Source of the DNA: Thermodesulfobacteriota bacterium
GTDB lineage: Bacteria; Desulfobacterota_D; UBA1144; Nemesobacterales; UBA2774
Direction: 5' to 3'
Assembly (NCBI GenBank): GCA_965223335.1
Contig: OZ244991.1
Span: 1,472,001-1,536,000, forward strand
Length of the DNA: 64,000 nucleotides
In this document: positions 1 through 9,741 of the stretch, piece after piece
Position numbering within the stretch: the stretch's first letter is position 1
Layout: every line of letters begins with the position of its first letter
Made by a program: the position numbers and the translations under genes
Notes under the pieces: generated by a model
The model's input: the letters and a program-made list of their open reading frames with translations, nothing else
Database searches by the model: none
Told to the model about the DNA's origin: nothing

Positions 1-422
1 CCCAGCTCAATGTGAAGGTCGCGGAGCAAGGAGAGTTAGTTGAAGCATCGACTGTCTATGTAGCCCCGGGCGATTACCATATCGAGATTGATGCAAGTTG
101 CTGTTTTTCTCTCAGTCAAGAACAAAGGGTAAAGGGCCATAGACCCTCTATAGACCTTGCTATGATGTCGGTGTCTGAGAGATTTGGACAAAGGACGGTG
201 GGTTTGTTGCTGACCGGCATGGGGGATGACGGTAGTGAAGGGCTTACGGCAGTGCGCTCACACGGAGGTATGACATTGGCCCAAGACCCCTCGAGTTGTG
301 TTGTAAGCAGTATGCCGAAAAATGCAATAAACCGCGGTGTCGTAGACCATATTGCCGTACCCGGTCACATGGCAGTGATCTTGTGCAATGAACTCAATGC
401 ACGCAGGAGGTCGGTATCATGA
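1..422 (+). CDS. cheB: Chemotaxis protein-glutamate methylesterase CheB, C-terminal part (5' end outside the window)
   Basis: VYVAPGDYH, HRPSID, LLTGMGDDG and AQD..S.VV.SMP motifs; the frame is open back to the window edge. Confidence 0.9.
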   Translation, partial: QLNVKVAEQGELVEASTVYVAPGDYHIEIDASCCFSLSQEQRVKGHRPSIDLAMMSVSERFGQRTVGLLLTGMGDDGSEGLTAVRSHGGMTLAQDPSSCVVSSMPKNAINRGVVDHIAVPGHMAVILCNELNARRRSVS

Positions 423-1384
423 ACAGTGTTGCGGGCGGATCAGCAGTTGTCGAGCTTATGCATGTGGTGATCGATAACGTCTCTTACTCTATCGATATGT
501 CTAGAGTGAAGGGGATACATGGTTATGAGAATTTCACACCGAGTGAGGATGAGAGCTCTCTCGGCAGTTTGCAAAAAGATGGCAGGGACCTGCCCGTCTA
601 TAGCTTGAGTGGCCGGATAGACCCTGCATCCTCCATGCCTCGGGATCTATCGAACAGCCGGTTCTTAATAATCGATGACACACACAGATGGTGTCTGGTT
701 GTTACGGAGGTAGTCGGGGTTATCCGAAGAGAGTCGGACGAGATTTATCCTATGCCAATGTATGCTCAAGACCAAGAGTTAGCGTTGCTAAAGGGGGTTG
801 TCAGGGAACGCGGGAAATGGATCTTTTATTTATCTGTTGATAGGATCCATCCCGATGCCAAACCCATCACGTTTCGTGAAAAGAACATAGCAGTTAACAA
901 GCAGAACAATCTGCCCACCCAACGATTAGAAAGCTCGGCGTCGGGGAAATTATTGTTTTTTTCTACAACCGATTTTTCTTTTGATGAACGTAAATTGATG
1001 TTTGGGCTAAGCATTACACAGGTGCCTCAAATTCTCGAGTCCCTGCCCATAATACCGATACCCACATCCCCTGGGTATGTGCTGGGTCTTGTGGATTGGA
1101 GAGAGCGGCCCATACCGGTAATAGACCTAAATCTAAGACTCGGTTTCGAGACCCAATCCGATAACTCAAAGAAAAAGAGACTGCTCATAGCAAGGTCTAC
1201 GATAAGCGATGAACTGGTCGGTTTTATGGTGCAGCCGAATGTGAGTGTGAGGAATTTGCCGCTGCCCCATCGGCCGTCTAAACATTTAGTCCCGTCTTTA
1301 GCCAAGGGTATTTACGAGTCAGATACCGAGACACTCTTGATCCCGGATTTGGATGAGATCATGAGTGCTGAGAGCCCCGCATAA
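419..1384 (+). CDS. cheW: Tandem CheW-domain chemotaxis coupling protein
   Basis: Two CheW-like repeats (LGSL..DGRDLPVYSL; VLGLVDWRERPIPVIDL); overlaps the cheB stop. Confidence 0.75.
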   Translation: MNSVAGGSAVVELMHVVIDNVSYSIDMSRVKGIHGYENFTPSEDESSLGSLQKDGRDLPVYSLSGRIDPASSMPRDLSNSRFLIIDDTHRWCLVVTEVVGVIRRESDEIYPMPMYAQDQELALLKGVVRERGKWIFYLSVDRIHPDAKPITFREKNIAVNKQNNLPTQRLESSASGKLLFFSTTDFSFDERKLMFGLSITQVPQILESLPIIPIPTSPGYVLGLVDWRERPIPVIDLNLRLGFETQSDNSKKKRLLIARSTISDELVGFMVQPNVSVRNLPLPHRPSKHLVPSLAKGIYESDTETLLIPDLDEIMSAESPA

Positions 1385-1526
1385 TATCAGCAACTTCAGA
1401 TATATAGGTAATGCGAATGTCTATAAAATTTCGATTCATGGGGTTATGCAACTTGAATAAATCGATGCAAAACACCTCGCGTGTTGTTGGTGTGTTGATT
1501 TTCAGTTGCCTTAATGATAATTTTTT

Positions 1527-2207
1527 GTGTCAATGATTGAAAAAAAGCTAGGCTATAAGTTCAAAAATTCAGAACATCTCAAAAAAGCATTAACCCATAG
1601 TTCTTTTGCAAACGAAGCATCCTTGGAAAGCAATGAAAGATTAGAGTTTTTAGGTGACGCGGTACTGGGGTTTATAGTGGCCAGGATACTCTACGACAGG
1701 TTTCCTGACGCATCGGAGGGCAAGCTCTCTAAGATGCGAAGTGCAATAGTGAGTAGAATGAATTTCGCCCGGTTTGCGCAGGAGCTTAGAATTGATCAGG
1801 AAATTATGCTCGGTAAAGGTGAGGAGAATACCGGGGGGAGAGACAGGCAATCGAACCTGGCCGGGGTTTTCGAAGCACTTATCGGGGCACTGTACCTGGA
1901 CGGGGGGTACAGAAAGGTTTTCACCATAGTGTCGCGACTGCTTAAAGACTGTCTTGACGAGAACGACGAACTCTTCAACGATTACAAAACCAAGCTCCAA
2001 GAGCTCTCGCAGCGTAACTATAAAAAGGTCCCCAGATATAAAGTTGTGCACGAAGAGGGCCCGCCCCACGACAAGGTGTTTCATGTAGAGGTAAAACTGT
2101 CTAGAAAACTGCTGGGCAAAGGGGTGGGTAGGAATAAAAAAGAGGCAGAGCAGGCGGCTGCTAAACAGGGGCTATGCACCATTGAGAGTGGAGAACTTAC
2201 AATCTAA
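1527..2207 (+). CDS. rnc: Ribonuclease III
   Basis: ALTHSS, NERLEFLGDAVL signature and C-terminal dsRBD (DYKTKLQE...GPPH...KKEAEQAAA). Confidence 0.97.
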   Translation: MSMIEKKLGYKFKNSEHLKKALTHSSFANEASLESNERLEFLGDAVLGFIVARILYDRFPDASEGKLSKMRSAIVSRMNFARFAQELRIDQEIMLGKGEENTGGRDRQSNLAGVFEALIGALYLDGGYRKVFTIVSRLLKDCLDENDELFNDYKTKLQELSQRNYKKVPRYKVVHEEGPPHDKVFHVEVKLSRKLLGKGVGRNKKEAEQAAAKQGLCTIESGELTI

Positions 2208-2227
2208 CCAGCCTAAAACACAATGTT

Positions 2228-3664
2228 TTAATCCCCATTCCCTTCATTAATCTTTAGTTCTTCGATTTTCTTAGAAAGCGTGTTTCTGTTAATACCCAGT
2301 ATTGAAGCTGCTTTTTTCTTATTGCCCTTTGTGATCTCGAGAGTGGATTCAATGAGCGGTTTCTCAATTTTCTTGATAATAATTTCATATATTCCCTGCT
2401 CTGAAGAATCGTCAGTGTCTTCTAGAAGCCTGGTGAGTTCATTTGATACCAGTTCATCGAATGAGTGAGCGCTGTCGACAACCCCTTTTTCTAAATAGGG
2501 GGCAGCTTCGGTAAGAGTGTTCTTAGTGATCATACTATCTGACGAGAGTACTAAAACGCGTTTCATAATATTCTCGAGCTCCCTTACGTTTCCGGGCCAA
2601 CTGTATCTCATCAGCGTGTCCTTTGCGTCGTCAGAAATTGTACGCATCCCTACGTTAAGCTCATCCGAGTACTTAACGAGAAATGACTCGACCAAAGGTA
2701 GAATATCGTCTTTTCTCTTGCGCAGTGGAGGGATATCCACAGTGATAGCGTTCAATCTGTAGTATAGGTCTTCTCGGAAGTTCCCTAATTGGACCTCACG
2801 ATGGAGGTCTTTGTTTGTGGAGGCTATTATACGCACATCAACCGGGGAGGGGCTCTCGCTCCCTAGTCTATAGAATTTCTTTTCTTCAATAATTCGTAGT
2901 AGTTTGGTCTGTAGGTCGGGCGACATGTCGCCTATTTCGTCGAGATGGAGTGTGCCGAGATGGGCCTCTTCAAACCTGCCTTTTTTTTGAGTAGTGGCAC
3001 CGGTAAACGCACCTTTTTCATATCCGAACAGCTCGCTCTCTAAGAGCTCTGAGGGGATCGCGGCAATGTTTACGGACACGAGTTTTTGGTGCTTGCGTTT
3101 GCTGTTGGCGTGGATTGCGCGGGTGACAAGCTCTTTACCCGTTCCGCTCTCACCGGTAATAAGCACAGTAATGTTTTTTTCCGAGACTCTGCCGATCAAT
3201 TTGTATAAATCGAGCATGGCAGGGGACTTGCCCACTATATCGTGTAGGGTTTCGAGTTGGTCGTATTCTGCTCGGAGCAAGTTTAGTTTCTTTGAGTTTT
3301 CATAGCTCTCAATAGCACGCTGGACTGTGATAAGAACATCGTCCAGATCAAAAGGTTTAGCAATGTAGTCGTAAGCACCCTGTTTCATTGCATCGATAGC
3401 GTTTTTCACCGTGTTTTGTGCTGTGATTATGATCACAGGGGTTGTGATGGCGTGATCTTTTAGTCTGCCGAGTACTTCAAACCCGCTTAAATCAGGCATT
3501 GTGATGTCGAGGATAATAGAGTGAAAATGGTCGGTTAACACGCTGTCTACAGCTTCGCTGCCGGTAGTGCTGTAGCTAACTGCGTAGCCCGCCTTCTCCA
3601 GGCAGTTGCCAAGCACCCATCTTATGCTCTCTTCGTCGTCTACTACTAAAACTTTCCTCTTCAC
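2228..3664 (-). CDS. ntrC: Sigma54-dependent response regulator, NtrC family
   Basis: REC (VVDDE, ILDITMP, KPF), AAA+ ([31 protein letters not shown]), Fis-type HTH; follows an NtrB-like kinase. Confidence 0.8.
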   Translation of the reverse strand: MKRKVLVVDDEESIRWVLGNCLEKAGYAVSYSTTGSEAVDSVLTDHFHSIILDITMPDLSGFEVLGRLKDHAITTPVIIITAQNTVKNAIDAMKQGAYDYIAKPFDLDDVLITVQRAIESYENSKKLNLLRAEYDQLETLHDIVGKSPAMLDLYKLIGRVSEKNITVLITGESGTGKELVTRAIHANSKRKHQKLVSVNIAAIPSELLESELFGYEKGAFTGATTQKKGRFEEAHLGTLHLDEIGDMSPDLQTKLLRIIEEKKFYRLGSESPSPVDVRIIASTNKDLHREVQLGNFREDLYYRLNAITVDIPPLRKRKDDILPLVESFLVKYSDELNVGMRTISDDAKDTLMRYSWPGNVRELENIMKRVLVLSSDSMITKNTLTEAAPYLEKGVVDSAHSFDELVSNELTRLLEDTDDSSEQGIYEIIIKKIEKPLIESTLEITKGNKKKAASILGINRNTLSKKIEELKINEGNGD

Positions 3665-3684
3665 TTTTCCGGATCCTCTCGGGG

Positions 3685-4785
3685 TTATTCCGCAGAATGA
3701 ATGGGTAAGTATACGTGGAAGATAGTGCCTTTTCCAAGTTCACTCTCGACCTGTATAGACCCACCGTGTTTGGCAATTATCTGAGATGCTAAAAAGAGCC
3801 CGAGTCCCGTACCTTGCTCTTTGGTAGTATAAAAGGGGCTGAATATTTTTTCCAGTGTCTCGGGCGAGATGCCAGGGCCTTGGTCGATTATATCCACACT
3901 GAGTGTTTTGTGGCCTCTTAGTTTATGCTCGGTACTTAAGCGCGTTGCAATCTCAATGTTTCCATCCCCTCGGCCCGATTCCTCTGCGTTTTTAACGAGA
4001 TTTAGAAAGACCTGTTTTAGAGCATTTTTATCGGCTTTGATAGCGGGTAGCGTGATGTCGTAATTTTGTGTGAACTTAATGTTTGGGTAGAGGCCCGACA
4101 TGGATTCCAGATAGACTATTTCCATCAGAATTTCGTGCAAGTTGCAGGGCTCCATAACCTCTTCCGCAAAGGGTTCCAGGTGTTTTAGTTTTTCGAGCAG
4201 GTCCTTAAGCCTATCGGCCTCATTAATTATAATCTCTGCGCATTTTTCGGTCTCGTCGCTCTCTGTTAGGCTAGCGAGTAATTGGGCCGCACCCCTGATG
4301 CCGCTTAACGGGTTTTTGAGCTCGTGGGCCAAACCCATGATAAGGTTCTCAAACCCTATAGACGCCATTTTCTGGGTAGTGCTATTGCTTAGAAATTTTG
4401 TGCTGGTGAGGTTTTTTACCTGTAGTATCACTCCCAGTAATTGTCCATGCTGTGCTATATAGGGTGTTGCCACTCCCTGGATATATACTCTCTCGTCGCC
4501 TCTGAGTTGGGCGTTGATCTCGTCACCAAAAACTGTTCTTTCCTCGATAAGTGCCCTTTTGGCAATGGCCTCGAGACTCTCGGGCAAAAAGTTTCTAGAT
4601 GGTTTTCCTGTGGCTTTCTTTTTGGATACTTTGAATATGTTTTGAGCCGAGTGGTTAATGGATGTTACAACGAAATCCTTGTCTAAAACTAGTATTCCGT
4701 CGGGCAGGGATTCGAAAATCTCACTATACGACAGATCTAATTCCTTTGACTTTTTTTTGACCATACCGGATTTTCGCTTGTACAC
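3685..4785 (-). CDS. ntrB: PAS-domain histidine kinase, NtrB family
   Basis: PAS domain, H-box GLAHELKNPLSGIRGAAQLL typical of NtrB, and N/G1/F/G2 boxes. Confidence 0.8.
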   Translation of the reverse strand: MYKRKSGMVKKKSKELDLSYSEIFESLPDGILVLDKDFVVTSINHSAQNIFKVSKKKATGKPSRNFLPESLEAIAKRALIEERTVFGDEINAQLRGDERVYIQGVATPYIAQHGQLLGVILQVKNLTSTKFLSNSTTQKMASIGFENLIMGLAHELKNPLSGIRGAAQLLASLTESDETEKCAEIIINEADRLKDLLEKLKHLEPFAEEVMEPCNLHEILMEIVYLESMSGLYPNIKFTQNYDITLPAIKADKNALKQVFLNLVKNAEESGRGDGNIEIATRLSTEHKLRGHKTLSVDIIDQGPGISPETLEKIFSPFYTTKEQGTGLGLFLASQIIAKHGGSIQVESELGKGTIFHVYLPIHSAE

Positions 4786-4811
4786 CGTCCGAGTCGGTTT
4801 TTTATGTTGCC

Positions 4812-6113
4812 TTAGATATCTTCAATTCTTATGTACATGGTTTTAGACAACACGTCTTTGGATTTATCGGCCTGGCGGAGCGCTTTCATCAAGTTTTCTT
4901 CTCTTGCCTCGTGGGTCATCATTATGACTGGTACTCCTCCGCCACCAAGGTGGCGGGTTTTTTGAATAACAGACTCGATGCTTATACCGTTTTTCCCCAA
5001 TATCCCGGTTATCCTTCCAAGCACACCGGGTTTGTCTCGCAGTGTAAACCGCAGGTAGTACTTTGTAACAATCTCCTTCATATTAATGAGCTCGGAGCGG
5101 TTGCGGTCGCTGAAAATCTTGGGCACCGAGTTGTGAGAATTGCTGAATGTGATCTGCTTTGCAATCTCTACGACATCCGCGACCACGGCGCTCGCGGTGG
5201 GCATCATACCGGCACCCATGCCGTAGAGCATCGTAGGCCCCACAGCATCGCCCACTACATAGATAGCGTTAAACGCACCCGAAACATCGGCAAGCTGTGT
5301 GCCGTTTTTGACAAGGGTGGGGTACACACCGGCCTCTATCCCATTTTTATGTGATTTAGCTATGGCCAGCAGTTTGATTTTATAGCCCAGTTCATCGGCA
5401 AACTCTATGTCGATAGGGGTAATTTGACTAATGCCCTCCACATGGAACTTACCGAATTTAAAGAATGTCCCGAAGGCAAGCATTATTAATATGGAGAGCT
5501 TATGTGCTGCATCTATGCCGTCTACATCAAACGAGGGATCGGCCTCTGCATAACCGGCCTCTTGAGCTTGACGAAGCACCTCTTTGAACTCGGTCCCCTC
5601 CTCTGTCATCTTGGACAAGATATAGTTGCATGTGCCGTTCATGATCCCGTGTATCGATACGATATTATTGGCTGAATAGCCTTCCTTTGTGGACTTGATA
5701 ATAGGTATCCCTCCGCCCACGCTTGCCTCGAAACCCACATCGACACCGTTTTTTGAGGCGGCGGAGAATATCTCTCTGCCATGATGGGCAAGCAGTGCTT
5801 TATTGGCCGTGACCACGTGTTTGTTGTGTTTAATGGAGCGTAGTATGAAGTCCTTGGCTACACCGGTTCCTCCTACCAGTTCGATGACGATTGGTATAGT
5901 AGGGTCCTCTATAATCTCGGAGGCATCGGTGGTGAACTTGGATTTCGGTATGCGTACGGGCCTTTTTCTACGGGGGTCGGTATCGGCTATTTTAGCCAGC
6001 TCGAGTCTTACCCCCGACCTGTTTTCAATTATATCCTGATTGTTTTTGAGTACCTTGATTACACCGCAACCGACTGTGCCGGCACCTATTAGCCCAACTC
6101 TAACTACGTCCAT
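4812..6113 (-). CDS. hom: Homoserine dehydrogenase with C-terminal ACT domain
   Basis: GAGTVG, VVTANK, FEASVGGGIP, GYAEADP..DVDG.DAAHKL, ACT domain DKPGVL. Confidence 0.95.
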   Translation of the reverse strand: MDVVRVGLIGAGTVGCGVIKVLKNNQDIIENRSGVRLELAKIADTDPRRKRPVRIPKSKFTTDASEIIEDPTIPIVIELVGGTGVAKDFILRSIKHNKHVVTANKALLAHHGREIFSAASKNGVDVGFEASVGGGIPIIKSTKEGYSANNIVSIHGIMNGTCNYILSKMTEEGTEFKEVLRQAQEAGYAEADPSFDVDGIDAAHKLSILIMLAFGTFFKFGKFHVEGISQITPIDIEFADELGYKIKLLAIAKSHKNGIEAGVYPTLVKNGTQLADVSGAFNAIYVVGDAVGPTMLYGMGAGMMPTASAVVADVVEIAKQITFSNSHNSVPKIFSDRNRSELINMKEIVTKYYLRFTLRDKPGVLGRITGILGKNGISIESVIQKTRHLGGGGVPVIMMTHEAREENLMKALRQADKSKDVLSKTMYIRIEDI

Positions 6114-6177
6114 TTCACTGGTCTCCTTAGATTAAAAACCGCTTTAGCATTAGGGATGGAAGTATACATCATTTTAT

Positions 6178-6206
6178 TTGACATTAAATTAAACTGGCCT
6201 TAAATT
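6178..6206 (+). promoter_or_regulatory. Sigma70-type promoter for tRNA-Ala
   Basis: TTGACA-17 nt-TAAATT ending 14 nt before the tRNA. Confidence 0.6.
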
Positions 6207-6220
6207 ATTAGACAATCAGC

Positions 6221-6296
6221 GGGGCCGTAGCTCAGTTGGGAGAGCGCATGAATGGCATTCATGAGGTCGAGGGTTCGAATCCCTTCGGCTCCACCA
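6221..6296 (+). tRNA. tRNA-Ala(GGC)
   Basis: Cloverleaf GGGGCCG...CGGCTCC-ACCA, G3:U70 pair, anticodon arm CATGA-ATGGCAT-TCATG, TTCGAAT loop, encoded CCA. Confidence 0.97.
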
Positions 6297-6384
6297 ATGA
6301 TCCCTTATCTACTCTAATCTTTGATAAAATCAAGATAGATCTGTATGCAATGCAGTAAATTGGCAGGGAGAGAACGCGCAAGAA

Positions 6385-6415
6385 TCCAGGGGCAGGCGAT
6401 TAGCCCACCCCCAGT
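6385..6415 (-). terminator. Probable intrinsic terminator of the secreted-protein pair
   Basis: GC-rich imperfect hairpin (minus strand GGGGTGGGC-TAATC-GCCTGCCCC) followed by a pyrimidine-rich stretch, just after the stop at 6438. Confidence 0.45.
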
Positions 6416-6437
6416 TGTTTTCAAATTAATGTTACCT

Positions 6438-8399
6438 CTACTTCTTTTTCCTGCGTAGTGCACGTATCCCGAATACAAATGCTACCGGTACTAGCGGGAT
6501 AAGTACGTTCGCTAGTCCGCTACCAAGCTCCACTGGGCTTGCTGCTATTGCACAGCTTCCACTCCCACTTCCGCTAGGCGGATTCGTAGGTGTAGAGGTC
6601 GGTCCCAGTGTAGGTGGTGTTGTCGGTGGCAGTGTCGGCCCTAGTGTCGGGGCTACTACAAAATCCTGACTTGCCACTACTGCTTCGTCCACACCTAACC
6701 TTAAGAAGCACACTGGTACGTCGCCGCAGCTTGAGAAGTCCTCTGTGTCGTCCCATATACCCACTGCAACATCTGTTGCGGCTGCGAGTGCGCGGTATGG
6801 GGGACCGTAGTCGTCTATAAAGGAGATAAGCACAGCGTCTCCACCTGCAGCACCTGTCTGTACATTAAACTGCCCTGCGAGGATGGTAGGATCGACTATA
6901 TCCAAGAAGGAGTTAACTCCGTCTAGTGTTCCATCGCATACCAAAGCTTCAATAACACGGAAGTTGTCTACGAGAGCACCGGTATCCTCATCCTCTGTAG
7001 AACAATCAGACATAGAAGCGTCTTGTAATGTAACGACTTGAATAGCATACGTGCCGGCTCCAGGGATTTGTATACTGTCGTTGTTGAAGCTTGAGTTCCC
7101 ACCGGTGAACGTAAACGGACTTATAGTGTATAAGGTTGCGTTTGTAGGTATGAATTGGCAAGCAACTGAGCCAAAGGGCGGTGTGAGGTTGAGAGTCGCA
7201 GGATTTGTGTTGTTAGGATCAATATAACATTGGCCATCAATTATCGCCGGAATTGATGTATCTATGAGCAGAACGGCCATTGCTGGATCACAAAGCTGGT
7301 TCGAAGCAGAAAGGATTGAATAGTCGTATGTGAGTGTATTGATACCTGTAGTCATAAAATTCACAGACTGTATTACCGTAGCATTTTGATTGCCAAACGT
7401 ATAATCGCTACCTGAAATTAAGTTAGAGTTTTCAAGTGCCATACCAAATGATCCGCCATTGTAAAATCCGGATGGAAAATCCGGGCTGGATACTATGTAT
7501 GCATAAAAATCGTTTGCAGGATCGGGAAGCGTTGCAGGCGGTGCCGCTACGTTTGGGGATATCCCTGTGGAGTCTATAACACCTGTAACTGGACTAAAAC
7601 CGCTTGGTGGAAACCATGCAGGTTCTCCTGTTGAAGGTGGGGGCATAGGTATAAAAAACTCACCACTCTGGAAGCTGCCATTTAGGATTAAGTTCATCTC
7701 CCCAGCCTCGTCACAAAAAGCCTGACGGGCATACATATTTACTCCATACATGTAATCTTCTGAGTCCACTATCACCGTCTGTCCCGTGAGCTGGTCGTGC
7801 TCTACTGCTTGATCGGGATTTGGGCATCCGTTTACCGATGTTATGACGAATATACCCTCGTTACCCTGAAGGTTGTCGTCCGGGATAGCGGCACCCATAT
7901 TATTAATTAGGTTCCCCAGGTCATACACGTGTGAGTCCCCGGGGGTGTAGTTATCGCAGAAGTTACGGATCTCTACACAGTTGGCGTCTAGGATCCGCAC
8001 GTGGACACTGATTGGGTCGTCTACGTCAGTGTTTGTAACTTGCACAGAGGTGTTACGTCCGTCTGTCTGTGTCCACCAGGTCACTAGCTGTGATCCGCTG
8101 TCTGTGGTAGGTGTGGGGTTAGCGTTGAAGTTTGGGAAAAATGGATCAAACGTGTCGTTATTATGCATCCAGTCGAGTCCACCCACTAGAGAACCGTTAA
8201 AAAGCTCTACTGTACCTATGAGGCCTGCGGTAAAGTCGGCCTGTGCGGGGTTTGGGATCTGTACCTCTAGCCAGCCCACATCATTGGGCACAGCCGGACA
8301 GAAGAGGTTGTCTGTGCCAATCTGGCTCATTGCAGGGCTTACATATGCAAAGCCCACAAGCATGAGCAGTAATACTGCTGTTATGGGTTTTTTAATCAT
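6438..8399 (-). CDS. Secreted, membrane-anchored surface protein of unknown function with inserted jelly-roll-like domain, Pro/Thr linker and Cys-containing C-terminal sorting signal
   Basis: AAGGAGG precedes the ATG at 8399 (the ORF track starts at 8450); signal peptide MIKKPITAVLLLMLVGFAYVSPAMS; PTLGPTLPPTTPPTLGPT linker; SGSGSGSC-hydrophobic-RRKKK tail. Confidence 0.85.
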   Translation of the reverse strand: MIKKPITAVLLLMLVGFAYVSPAMSQIGTDNLFCPAVPNDVGWLEVQIPNPAQADFTAGLIGTVELFNGSLVGGLDWMHNNDTFDPFFPNFNANPTPTTDSGSQLVTWWTQTDGRNTSVQVTNTDVDDPISVHVRILDANCVEIRNFCDNYTPGDSHVYDLGNLINNMGAAIPDDNLQGNEGIFVITSVNGCPNPDQAVEHDQLTGQTVIVDSEDYMYGVNMYARQAFCDEAGEMNLILNGSFQSGEFFIPMPPPSTGEPAWFPPSGFSPVTGVIDSTGISPNVAAPPATLPDPANDFYAYIVSSPDFPSGFYNGGSFGMALENSNLISGSDYTFGNQNATVIQSVNFMTTGINTLTYDYSILSASNQLCDPAMAVLLIDTSIPAIIDGQCYIDPNNTNPATLNLTPPFGSVACQFIPTNATLYTISPFTFTGGNSSFNNDSIQIPGAGTYAIQVVTLQDASMSDCSTEDEDTGALVDNFRVIEALVCDGTLDGVNSFLDIVDPTILAGQFNVQTGAAGGDAVLISFIDDYGPPYRALAAATDVAVGIWDDTEDFSSCGDVPVCFLRLGVDEAVVASQDFVVAPTLGPTLPPTTPPTLGPTSTPTNPPSGSGSGSCAIAASPVELGSGLANVLIPLVPVAFVFGIRALRRKKK

Positions 8400-8453
8400 C
8401 CTTGTTTCCTCCTTAGAGTTTTTCCTCCTTTTGTTATCAAACTGTTTCATAAT

Positions 8454-9503
8454 TTAAGGTATTGGTGTTTCATCGCTGATACCAGGAGTCCACCAAGAGT
8501 CCATTGATCCAGTGCCGTCTCCGTTGTTTAGTCCCAGGAATCCTACGAAATACATATTGACTAGATTAGGACCGCAAGCACCGGGTGTTCCGCCAAAATT
8601 GATGTCAAAACATCTGAACCCGTTAACAGGCATAAAAAGCCACCCTACATCCACACTATCGTTACAGATCCTGTTAACCTCGCCCTTAGAGTTGGGGTGG
8701 AAGTTATCAATGCCCTTATCAACGAGTGTAAGATCACATGCAAATGTTGTAGGGCTGCATGATGTTGGGCTCTCGAACTCATCAAATATGTGGATCTGGG
8801 GGGTTGGGTCTGTAACATCTCCGGTAACGTCACCAAATGTTACTTGGAGCAATGGGCTTGCTATTACACTGTCCAGGCTAGCACTCCTGTATACTAAGCC
8901 CACAACATCAGATAGGTTGGATCCGTCTACATTATTGAAATTAATGTCTGCGTAGTTCCACAGATTATCAGCCCCTTGGAAGCGTTGGTCTTCCCCTGCT
9001 GCGTTTGTTCTGTACTCAAAGTCACTGTCACCGTCAATAATCCTAAACATACCTATTAATGTGCTGTCCCTAATTGTCGTATCGGTTATGACTAATAAAC
9101 CATATCCTTCGTCGAGATCAGCGGCAGGAGCGGACATGCCTACCGCACCTAAACCGTCAGCATCGTTATTCGACACTAAGTTGCTGAGATCGTATACATG
9201 GGTATCCCCGGGTGTATATCTATCGTTAAAATTTGTTTCTTCACATACTACCGCAGGTGATGTGACGTTAAAGATTTGGACATGTACATCAATTGTAAAC
9301 TGTGATGTATTAGTAAGTTGCGCAAGAGTCTGGCGTGCCATACGCATGTCCCAGAAATAAACCACTCTGTATGTTGCCTGGTCTGTCTGGTCTATGGGGT
9401 CAAGGTTCAGAGATGGAGGCCCTGCTATGGATACCGTCGGGATTGCAAGCATAAAAGCTATAACAACTAAGCAAATTGCTCTTGAGAATGTAGTTTTAAT
9501 CAT
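8454..9503 (-). CDS. Secreted protein of unknown function, paralog of the downstream surface protein
   Basis: AAGGAGG SD, signal peptide, shared motifs TNT...VHV.I and YTPGD(T/S)HVYDL.NL..N. Confidence 0.85.
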   Translation of the reverse strand: MIKTTFSRAICLVVIAFMLAIPTVSIAGPPSLNLDPIDQTDQATYRVVYFWDMRMARQTLAQLTNTSQFTIDVHVQIFNVTSPAVVCEETNFNDRYTPGDTHVYDLSNLVSNNDADGLGAVGMSAPAADLDEGYGLLVITDTTIRDSTLIGMFRIIDGDSDFEYRTNAAGEDQRFQGADNLWNYADINFNNVDGSNLSDVVGLVYRSASLDSVIASPLLQVTFGDVTGDVTDPTPQIHIFDEFESPTSCSPTTFACDLTLVDKGIDNFHPNSKGEVNRICNDSVDVGWLFMPVNGFRCFDINFGGTPGACGPNLVNMYFVGFLGLNNGDGTGSMDSWWTPGISDETPIP

Positions 9504-9741
9504 TCGTATTTCCTCCTTAAGGAATTAATCACAAAAAAGTTTGTTAATCTTGGTTTGATCTAATACACATTATTATTAAATAGCATATTACAATAAAATA
9601 AGTGTAATTGGAAGCTTAAATCAATCCGTTAAGTAGGGTTGCGAGAGTTAGTTGCTTGGGGATTTTGTACAAATTGGGTGGCAATAAAATGATCTAATCA
9701 GGATGCAAAAAGCGGTTCGACCTTCCGGTTGCCGAGTTGCT

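Noticed and set aside
6575..6660. Repeated GTCGG/GTAGG units suggesting a DNA repeat element
   Set aside because: Explained by codons of the Pro/Thr linker in the surface protein.
9712..9735. GGTTCGACCTTCCGGTTGCC resembles the 3' end of tRNA-Ala and could be an att remnant bounding an island
   Set aside because: The match is gapped and weak, there is no adjacent integrase, and on the minus strand it reads as a hairpin plus T-run terminator for the MshEN gene.
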